A stretch of 64,000 nt of DNA from Thecamonas trahens ATCC 50062. Taxonomy: Eukaryota > Protista > Apusomonadida. The notes under the pieces are model-generated. The model worked only from the letters and a program-made list of their open reading frames with translations, was not told where the DNA came from and did not search any database. The position numbers and the translations under genes were made by a program. Location of the stretch: NCBI RefSeq assembly GCF_000142905.1, contig NW_013657642.1:65688-129687 (forward strand), in the 5' to 3' direction. Numbering within the stretch: the first letter of the stretch is position 1; each line of letters starts with the position of its first letter. Positions 1-12,216 of the stretch are shown in pieces.

Positions 1-1
1 C

Positions 2-712
2 CTCGAGACCGGCTTCATCCCCAAGTACGGCGATGACCTCCTGGCCCCGCGGCCTATCGCGCCGACCGCGCACGCCATGGCTGCCCTTGCCTCGGCCCTC
101 GCCGCAGACCCCGGTCTGGCCCACGGCGCCACCTCGGTCCTCGGCGCCTCCTCGCCCTGGGCCACCGAGGCCGGCTTCCGCCCCAACCACGACCGCACCG
201 CCTCGCTCGCCCTCGGCGACGTCGACGTTCACATCACCACCAACACCGTCGGCGGCGTCCCGCGCCACTTTACCATCACCGTCGGCGACGAGGTCTTCGA
301 GAACGTCACCGGCGAGTACGACGTTGAGACAGGCGCCCTCGTCGCCCGCATGGGCAACAACACCCTCAAGGCCAAGGTCGTCTTTGAAGCCGCAGGCACG
401 GCTGTTCACCTCTTTTCCGGACCCACACGCGTCGCCTTTGACCTGCCGCGGCCCGAGTTCCTCGACGCCACCCTCGCCGGCTCAGCAGGCTCGCTCAACG
501 CGCCCATGCCTGGCAAGATCCTGCAGGTCCTCGTCAAGCCCGGCGACGCTGTCGTTGCCGACCAGCCGCTCGTCGTCATGGAGGCCATGAAGATGGAGCA
601 CACCATCTGCGCCACCCGCGACGGCGTAGTCTCGGCTGTCTCGTTCTCGCCGAACGACATTGTCGACAAGGACGCCATCCTTGTCGAGCTCGAGGCCGAG
701 GATGAGGAGTAA
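2..712 (+). CDS. MCCC1: 3' part of a biotin carboxylase alpha subunit (methylcrotonoyl-CoA carboxylase alpha-like); 5' end lies outside the window
   Basis: Frame is open from nt 2 (LETGFIPKY...). The C-terminal biotinyl domain has APMPGKI and the EAMKMEH biotin-lysine motif. Confidence 0.8.
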   Translation, partial: LETGFIPKYGDDLLAPRPIAPTAHAMAALASALAADPGLAHGATSVLGASSPWATEAGFRPNHDRTASLALGDVDVHITTNTVGGVPRHFTITVGDEVFENVTGEYDVETGALVARMGNNTLKAKVVFEAAGTAVHLFSGPTRVAFDLPRPEFLDATLAGSAGSLNAPMPGKILQVLVKPGDAVVADQPLVVMEAMKMEHTICATRDGVVSAVSFSPNDIVDKDAILVELEAEDEE

Positions 713-728
713 ATGCGCCTCCCGCCAC

Positions 729-1721
729 TCACTCGAGCCCGCCAGTGTCAATCAGCCAAGGCTCGTGGTCAAAGTCAAGCCCGAGCACGTCGCGGAGCTG
801 GACGTGGATGCGGTAGGTGGTGACCAGATCAAGCGGGCCGTCCACCACAAACGCAAACGTGCCGGTTGCCGCCACAAAGTACCCATGTCCGTCCACAACG
901 TATGTCGTGTCACCAAGCGAGACCACGCTCCATAGCGCCGTAAAGATCCACGGCACTGACTCGATGCCCGCCGCCAGCAGCTCCACCACCACCTCCATCG
1001 CCAGCGAGAACTGAAAGACAGCATGCTTCCGTGGAAAGTTGAGCGCAAACTTGATCGGTGCGAGCGCAGCCATCGGCGCCTGCAGCATGTGCAGCCGCCA
1101 CGGATCGTCTGCCGCCCACGGAAGCGGTGCCATTCCGTCACGAAAGCCTCGCATTGCCGCCGGCAGGCTCTCTACGCTGTACAGCTGCGCTGTCGCTAGC
1201 TCGTCTCTGCTGTTCCCAAACCCGAGCCGCATCTTGGCCATCACCACAGCGTCGGGCACCACGCCTGCCCGCCAAAGCGATGCCGTCGGATGCAGCAGCC
1301 CCCACCCAAGCACCATTCCGCCCAGCTCGAGCCGCATCTCTTCGGCCGGCCAGCCGAGCGCTTCGGCCACCACCTCGCGAGCATCGGCGATGGCAGCCGA
1401 GAGTGGGAGGACGACCACAACAGTCGTGCTTGGCGCCGAGATCACAATCTCGACGGGGCGCCTTGTCAGGAACGAGTCAAGCGCCATGATCATCCCTCGC
1501 CAGTCGGTATCCGCCACTCGTCCACCTTCAGGTGGCGCATGGATGGGCGCAATGGCGGTGTGTGCCAGGCGGATGCGGTAGATGCGGCGAAGAAGGAACG
1601 GATCGCGTGCTATGGAAGCCAGCCGGGTGCAGGTACATGCCACAGCCGCCAGGGAGGCTGGCGATGACACACCGAGTTGGACGAGGATGTGGTGGACGAG
1701 TTCTGTTGGAAGGCTCTCCAT
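729..1721 (-). CDS. F-box protein with an internal ubiquitin-like domain
   Basis: N-terminal F-box (LPTELVHHIL...LAAVACTCTRLASIARD). A segment VEIVIS...IADAREVVAEALGWPAEEMRLELGGMVL...MRLGFG follows the ubiquitin pattern. Confidence 0.7.
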   Translation of the reverse strand: MESLPTELVHHILVQLGVSSPASLAAVACTCTRLASIARDPFLLRRIYRIRLAHTAIAPIHAPPEGGRVADTDWRGMIMALDSFLTRRPVEIVISAPSTTVVVVLPLSAAIADAREVVAEALGWPAEEMRLELGGMVLGWGLLHPTASLWRAGVVPDAVVMAKMRLGFGNSRDELATAQLYSVESLPAAMRGFRDGMAPLPWAADDPWRLHMLQAPMAALAPIKFALNFPRKHAVFQFSLAMEVVVELLAAGIESVPWIFTALWSVVSLGDTTYVVDGHGYFVAATGTFAFVVDGPLDLVTTYRIHVQLRDVLGLDFDHEPWLIDTGGLE

Positions 1722-1913
1722 GTAGAAAGATGGTGCCGCAGTTGGGCGGGGTGCGGTGCTGCTTGCCTGCGGCCTCGCCCACCTGGCGGCTGCCGGCTGC
1801 TGTCGGCTGCCCGGTCGATGGTGCGAGTCATCGCCAGATCCAAGGCGGGAGCGCTATGCTGATGGTAGAGATGGTGATGTTGTTAATGATGAAAGTAGAG
1901 AGGACAATCGCTG

Positions 1914-4900
1914 CTACTTTGCGGCGGCGCTCGAGCCGAGGCCGAGTCCTCGGCGGAGGAGGGCGACGTTAACGACGGCGAGAATGCCGGTGACCAAGAA
2001 CATAGCAAGGCTGAAGACGACGATGCGAGCCACTGCGCTGCCGCGCTTGTGGTTGGGTACACAAAAGCCCAGCGGGCTGCCGATTGCGCTGCAAATAGCC
2101 ACGACTGCCATCGAGGCGATCGGCGCAGCGAGCTCCCGAACCGGGAGCGGGCGCGCGGAGAGCAGGGTTGTGCCTCCGAGCGTGGTGCCGAGCGTAAGCC
2201 CGCACATGGCAGCCACAGATGCGGTCACCGTGACGAGCGAGCTATGGCAGACCGCCTCAGAGTCAAACCTGGTGAGGCAATCGGTGCATCCGGCCACCTT
2301 GGCCTCGGTCGCCGCCCAGTATGTCGTGATGACGGCGAGGATGCAGCCTACCGCAAACGCCGCGACCTTCCGAGCCCATCCCGTGCGTCCAAAGCCCATC
2401 AGCTCGCGCGACACGTTGGTAACACTTTCAAGATCCGTTGAAGCCAGCCACGTCGAGAGGGCGATGAGATTGCCCGAGACAAGTAGACCAGCGACGTACG
2501 CCGGAGTTGGAAGGAGAAGGAGCGAGCCGCTGGCACCAAAGAAGACTAGAGGCGCAAGGACAAACGGGAGGAGTGCGAGCCAGTGCTGGAGAACCACATC
2601 GAGGAAGACGTAGAAAAGACGGGCTCGGACAATGGCCGGTGCCACCGTTGCGAGCACAGGCTGCGTCAGCGAGACAGAGTCAATGTGAGTCGAGTTCTCT
2701 GGGTTGTTGGACATCAGCAGCTGGCCGCGATCAAAGGCGCGGCCGTCGTCGCCATCAAACACCAGGCAGCCGACGGTCTCGCCCCGGGACTCGAGACCCA
2801 AAATGAGCTCACGGCCAGCGCGCGTATTGCCGTGGGCAAGGTTGCGCTTGGCGAGCCCGACTTCGTTTGCCCCGGAGCGGAGCTGCCGCTCGGGAACATC
2901 CCAGCCAAAGACAGCGATGTCAACGCCAGCCTCGCGGATGTCGCGGATGCTGTCGCAGATGCTGCTGCGGGCGTGCGGGACAACGTGCCAGCCATCAAGC
3001 GCGACAAAGCCGACGAGCGCAAATCGAGTGTGGCTGAGCTCGGAGGATGCGATTGATCCGTCCTTAGCAACACTACTTGGCACCGCGGCAACAGCGATAG
3101 CCCAAACCTTGCGGCCACTCGCCTCTGCGGCTCGTGCTGCTGTTCCAGCGGACTGCCTAGCGGCGCTGGTGTGTCTGATGACAGCATCCGGTGCTCCGAG
3201 CAGGACCAGGTACGTCCCGCGATTTGGCTTGCCAAACAACGCCGAGACTTCAGCCGACGGGCCGACGGCAAAGTCGGGAAAAGCCGCCAAATACGAGCCG
3301 GAGAACGACGCATCGGTCGCCTGTAGGTGGGCAGCTGCCGCCACCGCGCCGGCGTCGAACGCAGTGCGCTGCTCGACGCTGCGCATCCACGACAACGAGA
3401 CGGGCTCCACATCCATGTCGCTCATGTGACTCCCTGCCAGTGAGGCCAGGAGCCTAAACAACACATCTTGCCCAGGCGTCAGCTCCTCATCCGACGACGA
3501 CGACGAGCCGCACTCGGTGATCTCAATCCAGGAAGGCCGCTGCTACTTTCCTCTGCCGATGCCGCCGCCGCCAGCTCCTCCGAGTAGGCCCTTGATGACG
3601 AGTTCGTCGAGCATCCATCCAAGAGCTCGGTGGAGTAGTAGCTAGCGGTATCGTCAGCGGCTGCAAGACGGGTCAGCAGGTCATGAGCCGATGGCCGCGG
3701 GCGAGTCAGCTCATCGCGCACTGCACGTTCAAACTCGAGATCGACAGCAAAGGCAGTAACGTCGGTGCCCTCCTCGCCGAGGTGCCGGTGTGACATGACA
3801 AGCGTGGTCATCGAAGCCAGTGAGCCAAGCGTATCACGCTCGAGATGGCGACAGGCGACCATGTTCTTGCGGTTGAGGAAGGTCAAGACCGTTCGCGCGT
3901 AGCCAATGTCGCACAAGATGGTAAACGAGGTCGAGGCGATGATGGCAAGCGCGATAGCCACCGTGATGGCCACCAGCTCGGCGACACGGCTCGATCCAGC
4001 TGACGCCTCGTCTGCTGCGCGGATGGCGGCGACAACGACGCCAACAAAGCATATGAGGACGCAAAGTGCAAACCATGACTTGACAGGCCGGTGTGTACCG
4101 GGCGGGAGACGCGACTGTGGCGCGCCATCGTTGCTCGACGCCGCATAGCTGCCCTCGTCCAGCAGCATCCGCAGTTGCGCCGGCACCTTGCCACCGTGGG
4201 CAAGGACAACCCCGGTCCCACCGCCGGCCAAAACAGCGGTGCCCGGAAGGAGCACATTAGAGACGCTCGTCCCGAGATCGGGGCAGATGATGGTAGAGCC
4301 TGTGTCGACCTTGAACTCGCGGCTTGCGCCGGCGAGCCGGACTGCGGCTCGGATGAAGGTGCCTTGCTCGAGCGCGATGATGTCGCCGGGCACGAGGTCC
4401 TTGACCTCGACGGCGCAGCGTTTGCTGTTGCGCGTCGCAAAAGTCATAGCGTGGCCATCAACAACAGTTACTTGCAATTCATCCACCCCGCGGGCCTGTA
4501 CGAGCCCGTAGCCGATGCGCCCGAGCTTCAACAGGATGTGGAGAGCGAGGAGAACAGCGAGAGCGATGGCGGACTCGGCACCGCCATCTGCAAGCAAGAG
4601 CCATGCGATGGTAGCAAGAAGCACAAGTATAGACGCGAGCGGGAGCTGGCGGATGAGCCCGGGGACGGTCGGCATCGAGTTGAACACGCTGGCCACAATT
4701 CTGTTCTTCCATTGGCAACAGGCGCCACCGCCGGAGATCTGGCCGTCAACGGTCGAGCCCGTGACACTGCTGGCCCCAGCCTCGGCAGCACGGCGAGCAA
4801 CCTGAGATGACGAGAGTCCATGCTCAATGTTGGTCTTGAGCGAAGCCACAACCTCCTCGAGTGGGCGAAGAGCTCCTCGGCTCTTTGCGCGCTTTCCCAA
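1914..4900 (-). CDS. Degenerate P2-type ATPase-like membrane protein (two ORFs joined across a probable frameshift near 3530); catalytic motifs lost
   Basis: Cation-ATPase N motif (LKTNIEHGLSSSQVARR), actuator (KDLVPGDIIALEQG, PGTAVLAGGGTGVV), P-domain remnants (DSIRDIREAGVDIAVFGWD; LESRGETVGCLVFDGDD) and C-terminal TM helices. ORFs 3479-4900 and 1914-3464 are colinear halves of one ATPase. Confidence 0.65.
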
Positions 4901-5169
4901 GGCGAGCTACGCGCGGTCGTCTCTCCGGTGCAACTACTGCGGAACTACCGCTGACCATTCGTTTTAGGCACGAAGGAACACGCGTGGGTTTGCCGCCGGC
5001 ATGGGTTGCGGGGGTTGGACGCGTGCAGTCACCTTCGATGAAGTGCCCGTTTCGATGGAAGCGCGGAGGGGCGGGCTCTGTCTTCTGCCCGACGTCTCGC
5101 GACCGGGGCACCAGCATCGAGGGGCTAGGCGCGAGCGATAAGGGTGGCAACGCAAGCCAAACTCGACCA

Positions 5170-6246
5170 CTACTCGGCCTTGGGCTTGGAGCCGCCAAAC
5201 CACCGGGCCTTTAGGGCGGCCAAGTACGAGAGGCCGCCTGGCTGGTGGGTGGCGATGAGGGCGCGGAGCTGGTCCTTGGTGACGGCAACCGTGTCGTCGA
5301 CAGATCGGTCGGGATCGTGGACGATGGGCTCGCCGACGTGGATGGTTGCCTTGACCGGGAGCGGGATGGAGATCCATGCGCTGATGAACCAGGCAATGAC
5401 TCCCACAGTGCGGACCGGATGCTTGAGGGCCGGAATGGCAAGGAGCTTGTGGTAGAGGACGCCGCCGCCGAGCTTGGACCAGAGCCAGAAGAGCGGAACA
5501 AACTTCATCTCCTCAGAGTTGGAGGTCACGACCGGAACGATGTCTGCGCCTGCGGCAGCGGCGACGCGTGCAAAGCCCTTGCGGCTCTCGGGCCATTGAA
5601 CCGTGTAGGCGGCGTCGTAGCCGGCCATGGCCTCGTCGGCGCCGCCCGGAATGACAGCCACCCAGTAGCCTGCGCGGAGAAGGTTGACCGCGGTGGCGCG
5701 GTAGCCCGGGACCGAGCCGACAAAGCGGATCCACGGCTGCGATGTGGCGAGCTTGCGGTGGATGAGCGAGCGGGCCGTCCGCCCGGTCTCGTCCTGCACG
5801 ATGAAGATGCAGGCGAGGATGTCGTGGTTGTGCGAGGTGTGGAGGCCGACAAATAGGTATGGCTTGTCGCGCGAGACCTTGGAGAGACCCTCCACTGAGA
5901 GGCCCCAGAACCAGCGCGCAAATGGCAGGTTGAGCGCCTTGGCGAGCTTGAAGATCCAGCTCTGCGAGATGACCTCGTCCGGGAGGAACGAGATCGACTC
6001 ATCGCCCTCGCCACGCGCTGTCTCCATCGGCGCCGTCTTGCCCACGTTGGCCAATTCAGAAACCGGTGCCTCGGCAACCAGCCCAAAGCCCTTTGTCTTG
6101 CGAATGATCCACGTCAGTGCCGCGCCTCCCACCATCGACGCCACCGCCAGCACTGCTGCCCCAGCCACGATCCATCCTGCCCACGTCACCGCCGTCCATG
6201 CCGCCGATGCCACCGCCACGAGAAAAGCCCAAGCAGCCTCGATCAT
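5170..6246 (-). CDS. TMEM68/DGAT2-like glycerolipid acyltransferase
   Basis: N-terminal TM helix, H-x4-5-D type motif (GLHTSHNHD), PGGADEAM and W...RKGFARVA...DIVPV motifs. First ATG is at 6246. Confidence 0.8.
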   Translation of the reverse strand: MIEAAWAFLVAVASAAWTAVTWAGWIVAGAAVLAVASMVGGAALTWIIRKTKGFGLVAEAPVSELANVGKTAPMETARGEGDESISFLPDEVISQSWIFKLAKALNLPFARWFWGLSVEGLSKVSRDKPYLFVGLHTSHNHDILACIFIVQDETGRTARSLIHRKLATSQPWIRFVGSVPGYRATAVNLLRAGYWVAVIPGGADEAMAGYDAAYTVQWPESRKGFARVAAAAGADIVPVVTSNSEEMKFVPLFWLWSKLGGGVLYHKLLAIPALKHPVRTVGVIAWFISAWISIPLPVKATIHVGEPIVHDPDRSVDDTVAVTKDQLRALIATHQPGGLSYLAALKARWFGGSKPKAE

Positions 6247-7026
6247 CCCCACCAGAGAGTGTGGAGATTGTGGAGTAGAGGTGGTGGGGGGGGAGTTGGT
6301 AGAGTGGGTTGAGTGGGTGGCTGGTAGGGTGCGACAGCGGAGCTGGGGAGGGCGGTAAGGTAGAGTCGGTGCGGTGGGGTTGGGCCGAGTACCACATCAA
6401 GGCGGACACACAGCACACTACCACCACCAACATGACCACAACCTGCCCCGACAACAAGACATCAATCTTTCCTGATCAAGCCTTCCATTCGCCCTACAAC
6501 AACAACATGACAAGCCATCTATCTTTCTGATCAAGTGATCAAGCCATCCATACCCCCCCTCACCCCCGCTCACCCTCCCTCACCCTCCCCCCCCCCATCT
6601 GCCACCTCTGACGTCTTCAACCTCCTCTGGTTCGCTGAAGGTGGCCCCGATTCCAGCAGTGTTCCGGCTACAGCATTTGATTGAGTTGCACTACGTGTGT
6701 ACGCAGCGGTGTCGTTCGTTGTGGGTGAAACAGAGATGCCTGTGCTGCAAGCAGGTGGGCGTGGTCAATGTGCAATCCCCAGGTCGTTTCTCGCACCACC
6801 ACCATCCCCCCCCCCCCCCCCCCTCCTGTTCTGCCATTGTTCCCCTTCCCCTCCACCTCTCCCAGTTTTTTCTCCCCCTGTCCCTGTCCCCACTTGTTCC
6901 GCACTCGCTGCAGTACGCCCCTCCCCCTCCCCCCTCCCCCCTCCTCCCGCTCCTCCCTTCTCCCTTCTCCCTTCTCCCTTCCCCTCCACTAACCCACCCA
7001 CCCACCCCCTCCCATGGCTGTAGAGT

Positions 7027-10000
7027 ATGGGGTTCAACCTGGGCAACGAGGCCATTGCCGACCAGTCAGGCTCCTTCTCCAACTGGTCCTTCTTTGAGCT
7101 GTATCTCGAGTTTGGCTTTGTGGCTACTTTGTTTGGTGCGGCTGGCCTCCTGATTCTGCACTATGGTCTGCGGTACAAGGTGACCCGCATCAAGTCCTTC
7201 CTCGCTATGGCTCTACTTCGGGATGATTGGTGGTTTGACAAGTTTGCCACTCTCTTTGCTGCCATTGTTGCTCTCGTCTACATCGGCGTGCCTGTGGCTG
7301 GCATGGTGGCTTGGGGCCTGGCTGCCGCAATCGAGCTTGATCCGTCCATTGTTGGCGTCACCGTCATCCTCCTCTCTCTTGCTCTTGCTTCCGGCTGGTA
7401 TGGGTTTGGTCTCTGGCGCGCTTCGGGCTGGCGACTGACCTACCCGTCTGGCATTGCTGTCGGCGTCTGCGTCGCCATGATCATGGCCTTTCAGCTTGGC
7501 GTCATCACCGCCACCGAGCCGTTCTCGTACATTGGCTTTTCTGCTGTCTTCCTCTCGGTCAACGCTGTGCCCATGGTCATCATTCTCTACCTCAACATGC
7601 CCGGGACGTACATCCACTTTGAGACCTTTGTCGACGCAGTGGTCAAGGGCGCCGCCTCGGATGAGGCGGCGCCCAAGAAGCGGTGCTTTGGCTGCTGCGG
7701 CCCGCGGCTGAGCCAGAACCAGGTCCGCTCGTTTGCCCTCTACTTTGTGGCGCAGGGTATGCTCTGTGCGTACGCCATTCTCGTCCTCACTCTCATCGAC
7801 GACTCGACGGTCAAGTACGTCGGCTTTGCCAACTGGGGAGCTCTCCTCATCATCGACATCATTCTGTTCATGTACTACTACGCCGGCTTTTTCCGCTCCG
7901 CGCTCCGCGCCTCGCTCTTCTTCATTGCCGTCCGCGGCATCATCATCGGCTTTGGCGCGCGGTACTGGTTCATCGCCCACTCGGTTGTCTTTGTCCTTGT
8001 CGCCCTCTTCCTCGGCATCTCCTGGGTCCTCGATCACTACCCGGCCCGCAAGTCGTCGGGCTCGGCCGTCGTCGCGCACGAGTCGCTCGCCCGCGTTGTC
8101 CTCGACAACCTGCCCGCTCCCGACTTTCTCTCGCTCGACGTCCCGTCCGACATCAACTCGTCCGACTTTGGCTCGTCCGATCTCGGCGGCGGCATGGTCC
8201 GCGACGCGAGCGAGAGCTCGTCGGGCGCCGGCTACGACACCGAGTACGAGGACGACGAGTACGACGCTGACGACGATGAGTACGACGCTGACGAGTACGA
8301 CGCCGAGTACTCGGAGGAGCAGGAGGAGGCAAAGGCCAAGGCGCCATCCACCTACTCATCGGACAACACCTACGAGACGTACGACGCCGAGTATTCGAGC
8401 TCGTCCTACGGGTATTCGGCCGCTCCTGCAACTGGCTGCTGCCGGTCGAGCCGCTGCCAGGACATGTCGTGGCGAAACCTCATCCTCACCCGGCCGTTCC
8501 TCATGTTCATGATGTCTGTGGCGTTTGTGGCCGAGGTTGTGTTTGTGGCCAAGAAAGAGGAAGCGACGCGCGACATGAAGTTCCTCGACAAGCGCCGCGA
8601 GCAGTATCTGTTTGGCATCGGCTCGATTGTCATGTCGCTTGTCCTCCCGCTCGCCTTTCTCACCTACCGGCTCTTCCAGCGAGCCAAGTTTTTCATGACG
8701 CCGTCGGTTGCTGCCGCCGCCTTTGCCACCGAGTTTGTGGTTGTCGGCAACGGTGTGTTCTTCTACTACACCACCGATTCGATTGTTGTCCTCGGCTTCC
8801 ACATCTTCACCCCGCTCATCATCATCTTTGCCGCGCTCACCATGGTCCAGTGGATCCGCAACGACTACTTTTTCCTCTCGTCGTCTGACGACCGCGAGGC
8901 CGCCGGCGACGACGCGCTGTGGTTCTGGCTCCTCCCGCGCGACTGGCTCATGATCTTTGGCACTCTCGCCACGCTCCTCATGATTCTGGGCCTCTCACTG
9001 GTGGTTGCCCTCGGGCTTGACGCCCAGATCACCGGGTGGACCATTGGCCTTGTCATCTTTGTCCCGCTCTGCACCTTTATCTCGATCAAGGAGTGGTTCA
9101 ACACCTTTACCTTTTCGTGGACCAACGGCGTCTCGGTTGTGCTTCAGATTGCGGCGCTCCTCGGCTATGCGCTCGGCGTCTTTACCACCACCCTCGACTC
9201 CAAGGTCGACGAGCGGTCGCTTGCGCTCCTCTTCCTCGTGCTTGTCTACCCGACGCTTGTGCTCCTTGTGGTGGGTGTGTGGAAGTGGCATGACGACAAG
9301 TGGCAGTTCCGCCTGCGGAGCCAGTCGGGCGCCTTTATTGCCATCTCGCTCATCAGCTCGTTCCTGCTCATGGTCGGCTTTGGCGTGGTCGTCATGCTGG
9401 TGTACAAGCCGTTTTGGGCTGGCCTTGGCGTCCTTGTCGTCGTGGGCATCTTCTACGCCCTCGTCTGGGTCGGCATCTCGTTTGTCCGCAACTCGTACTA
9501 CCTCACCCGGCCGTACCGGTTGGCTGTGAGCGTGGTTCTCTGCGGCGCGGTTGCGCTGGGCCTCGGCGTTGCCTTCACCGAGGCGGGCTTCCTCGGCTTT
9601 TGCATCTCCTGGGGCTCCATTTTTGTCATGCTCGTACTTGTTGCGGTCCAGGACTGGTTCAACGCCCGCAACACCCCGCGCCAGTTCTCCAAGTTTATTT
9701 TCCCGGTCTACAAGCTCGACGTCGAGACAGGCCGGCTGACCTCGGCGTCCAAAGGCGTGTACTGCGCGTACGGTGCGCTGGTTGTTGCTGCCCTCTGGGG
9801 CGTTGCGGCCGCTCTCTTCTTCCCGCCGCCTTGGGTCGGCCTTCTCGTCACCGCCGCCGCCGTCACCTTTTTCATTCTCCTCACCGTTCATCTGCTGTGG
9901 GATCCGCCGGCCACGTTTGGTGCCCAGCTCCGATTCATCTCGGCCGACACGCTGGAGGCTGCCCGCTCCAAGGCCAAGGGCCTCGAGTTGGTCGACACTG

Positions 10001-12164
10001 TTGGCGAAGCTGACCGCGGAAGTGCTTCCAGCAGCTCTGGTGGCGGCGACGACGAGTACGACGAGTACAATGACGACGACGACGACGACGACGAGAATGA
10101 CGGCGAGGAGTACGGCTCGTACGATGAGGAGCAAGAGGCGCGCTACGGCACCTCGTCCGAGACGTACGACGAGTCAAGCCCGTCGAGCGGCTACCGATAC
10201 GACGCCGAGTCAGCGACGGTGACGATGGACGCGGCAGGGCGCTTCCTGCGCGCTGACGGCAGCGCGGCGAGCTGGCGCGAGATTGTGGCCGAGCGGCGCG
10301 AGTTTGAGGCCAACGAGCTCGGCTCGCGCGACTCGTACCTTGAGTTGCTCCGGTACGACGCGGCGATCAAGGCAGCGTTCAAGTCTGAGCTGCGGTTTGT
10401 GGCGCACATGCAGCAGCTGACGCTGGTGCTTGCGCAGGCAGAGCGGACCAAGGAGGAGGCTATCATCTCGGCCATGATCAAGGAGACCGACGAGTACAAC
10501 GACCCCGAGTACCCGCTCACCGCCAGCGCGATCGAGCGGTGGGGTGACGACGAGTGGGCCGAGTTCCAGGAGCGGCTGACGGCGTACCTGGCCAAGCTTG
10601 AGATGCGGCGGCGGCGCGATGACGACCGGCGCAAGGAGGACTCGGAGGCGCAGAAGAAGCGCGACGAGGCGCGGCGCAAGATGCAGCGCGAGCTCGAGAA
10701 GAAGCGGCGGAAGGGCAAGGACGACGACGAGTACTCGGAGCTCGGCGCTGACGTTGGCCTCTCGTTTGACCCGCGGACAGCGCCGGTCATCGGCTCGTCG
10801 CCGGCCAAGCTGATCAAGAAGGCCAGGCGAGCGGGCGAGCCGTGGTCAGACGATGACTTCCCAGCCGACGACTCGGTGCTGTTCAAGTCCAAGACCAAGT
10901 GCGCCGGGTGGATGCGGCCTGAGGAGATCTACGAGGCGCGCAACGGCGACGAGCCGGGCGACGGCGAGATCGAGGTCTTCCAGGCCGACGGCATCAAGCC
11001 ATCGGACATCCGGCAGGGCTCACTCGGCGACTGCTGGCTTCTCTCGGCTTTTGCCATTGTTGCGCAGTACCCGGAGCGGGTGCAGGAGATTTTCGAGACG
11101 GACGAGCCGAACGAGGAGGGCGTGTATGGGGTCAAGCTGTGGGCTGGCGGCAAGTGGACGCGGGTCATTGTCGACTCACGCTGCCGGTCATGGCCAACAG
11201 CAAGCCGCTGTACGCGCACACCGGCGACGGCGATGCGGCGGAGCTTTGGGTCATGATTCTCGAGAAGGCGTTTGCCAAGATGTACGGCTCGTACAAGGCG
11301 CTCAACGGCGGACTCGTTCACATGGGCCTCGTCGACATGACGGGCGGCCAGTCGGAAATGGTCGAGTTCCGCAAGGAGGAGAACGAGGCCGACGTGCGGT
11401 CCGGCAAGGTGTGGAAGAAGATGCTCAAGTACCGCAAGGCCAAGTACCTCATGGGCTGCGGCTCCAATGCAGGCAAGGATACGCAGACGTCCAAGAACAA
11501 CATTGTCCAGGGCCACGCCTTTGCCATCCTCGATGTGGTCGAGGTCGACGGCCACCGGCTCATCAAGCTCCGCAACCCGTGGGGCAAGGTCGAGTGGACC
11601 GGCGACTGGAGCGACAAGTCGCCGCTGTGGACCCGCCGGCTCAAGGCCAAGCTCGGGTGGGTCGATGCCGACGACGGCGAGTTCTGGATCTGCTACGACG
11701 ACTTTGTCCGCGAGTTCCGCAACCTCTACGTTTGCCGCCTCTTCCCCGACTCGTGGCATGCCACCGGCATCGCCTCGCAGTGGGACGCAGAGACCGCTGG
11801 TGGGTGCGTCAACTACGACACGTGCAAGGACAATCCGCAGTTCCTCCTCAAGGTCTCGGTCCCCACCGAGGCCTTTGTTACCCTCGCCAAGGACATGCTC
11901 AACAACGAGGTCGAGCACATTGCGTTCTCCATCTACCACACCAAGGACGCATCGTCCAAGATCGACCCGCAGTACGCCCGCTCGGGCGACCGTGTCGCCA
12001 CCTCGGGCAAGCTCTCGTCCCTGCGCGAGGTCTCGTGCGAGACCAAGCTCGCTCCGGGCAAGTACATCATCGTGCCCACCACTTACAAGCCCGGCCAGCT
12101 CGGCCGGTTCGTCATCGCCATCCACTCGAACAAGGCGCTTAAGCTGACCGAGATTGAGGCGTAG
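7027..12164 (+). CDS. DEK1-like large transmembrane calpain (about 23 TM + CysPc + C2-like domain III); frameshift near 11180; a short upstream exon via intron 6783-7023 is possible
   Basis: About 23 hydrophobic segments by eye. Catalytic triad QGSLGDCWLL / GHAFAI / LRNPWG; EKAFAKMYGSY; domain III (W...TAGGC, NPQF, REV, GKYIIVPTT). The two ORFs join as VIVDSR-LPVMAN if one C is restored. Confidence 0.9.
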
Positions 12165-12216
12165 TGGCAATGAACACAGTTTTGAACCCTATGAAAGGCT
12201 ACCTTGTGGGCGTCGT

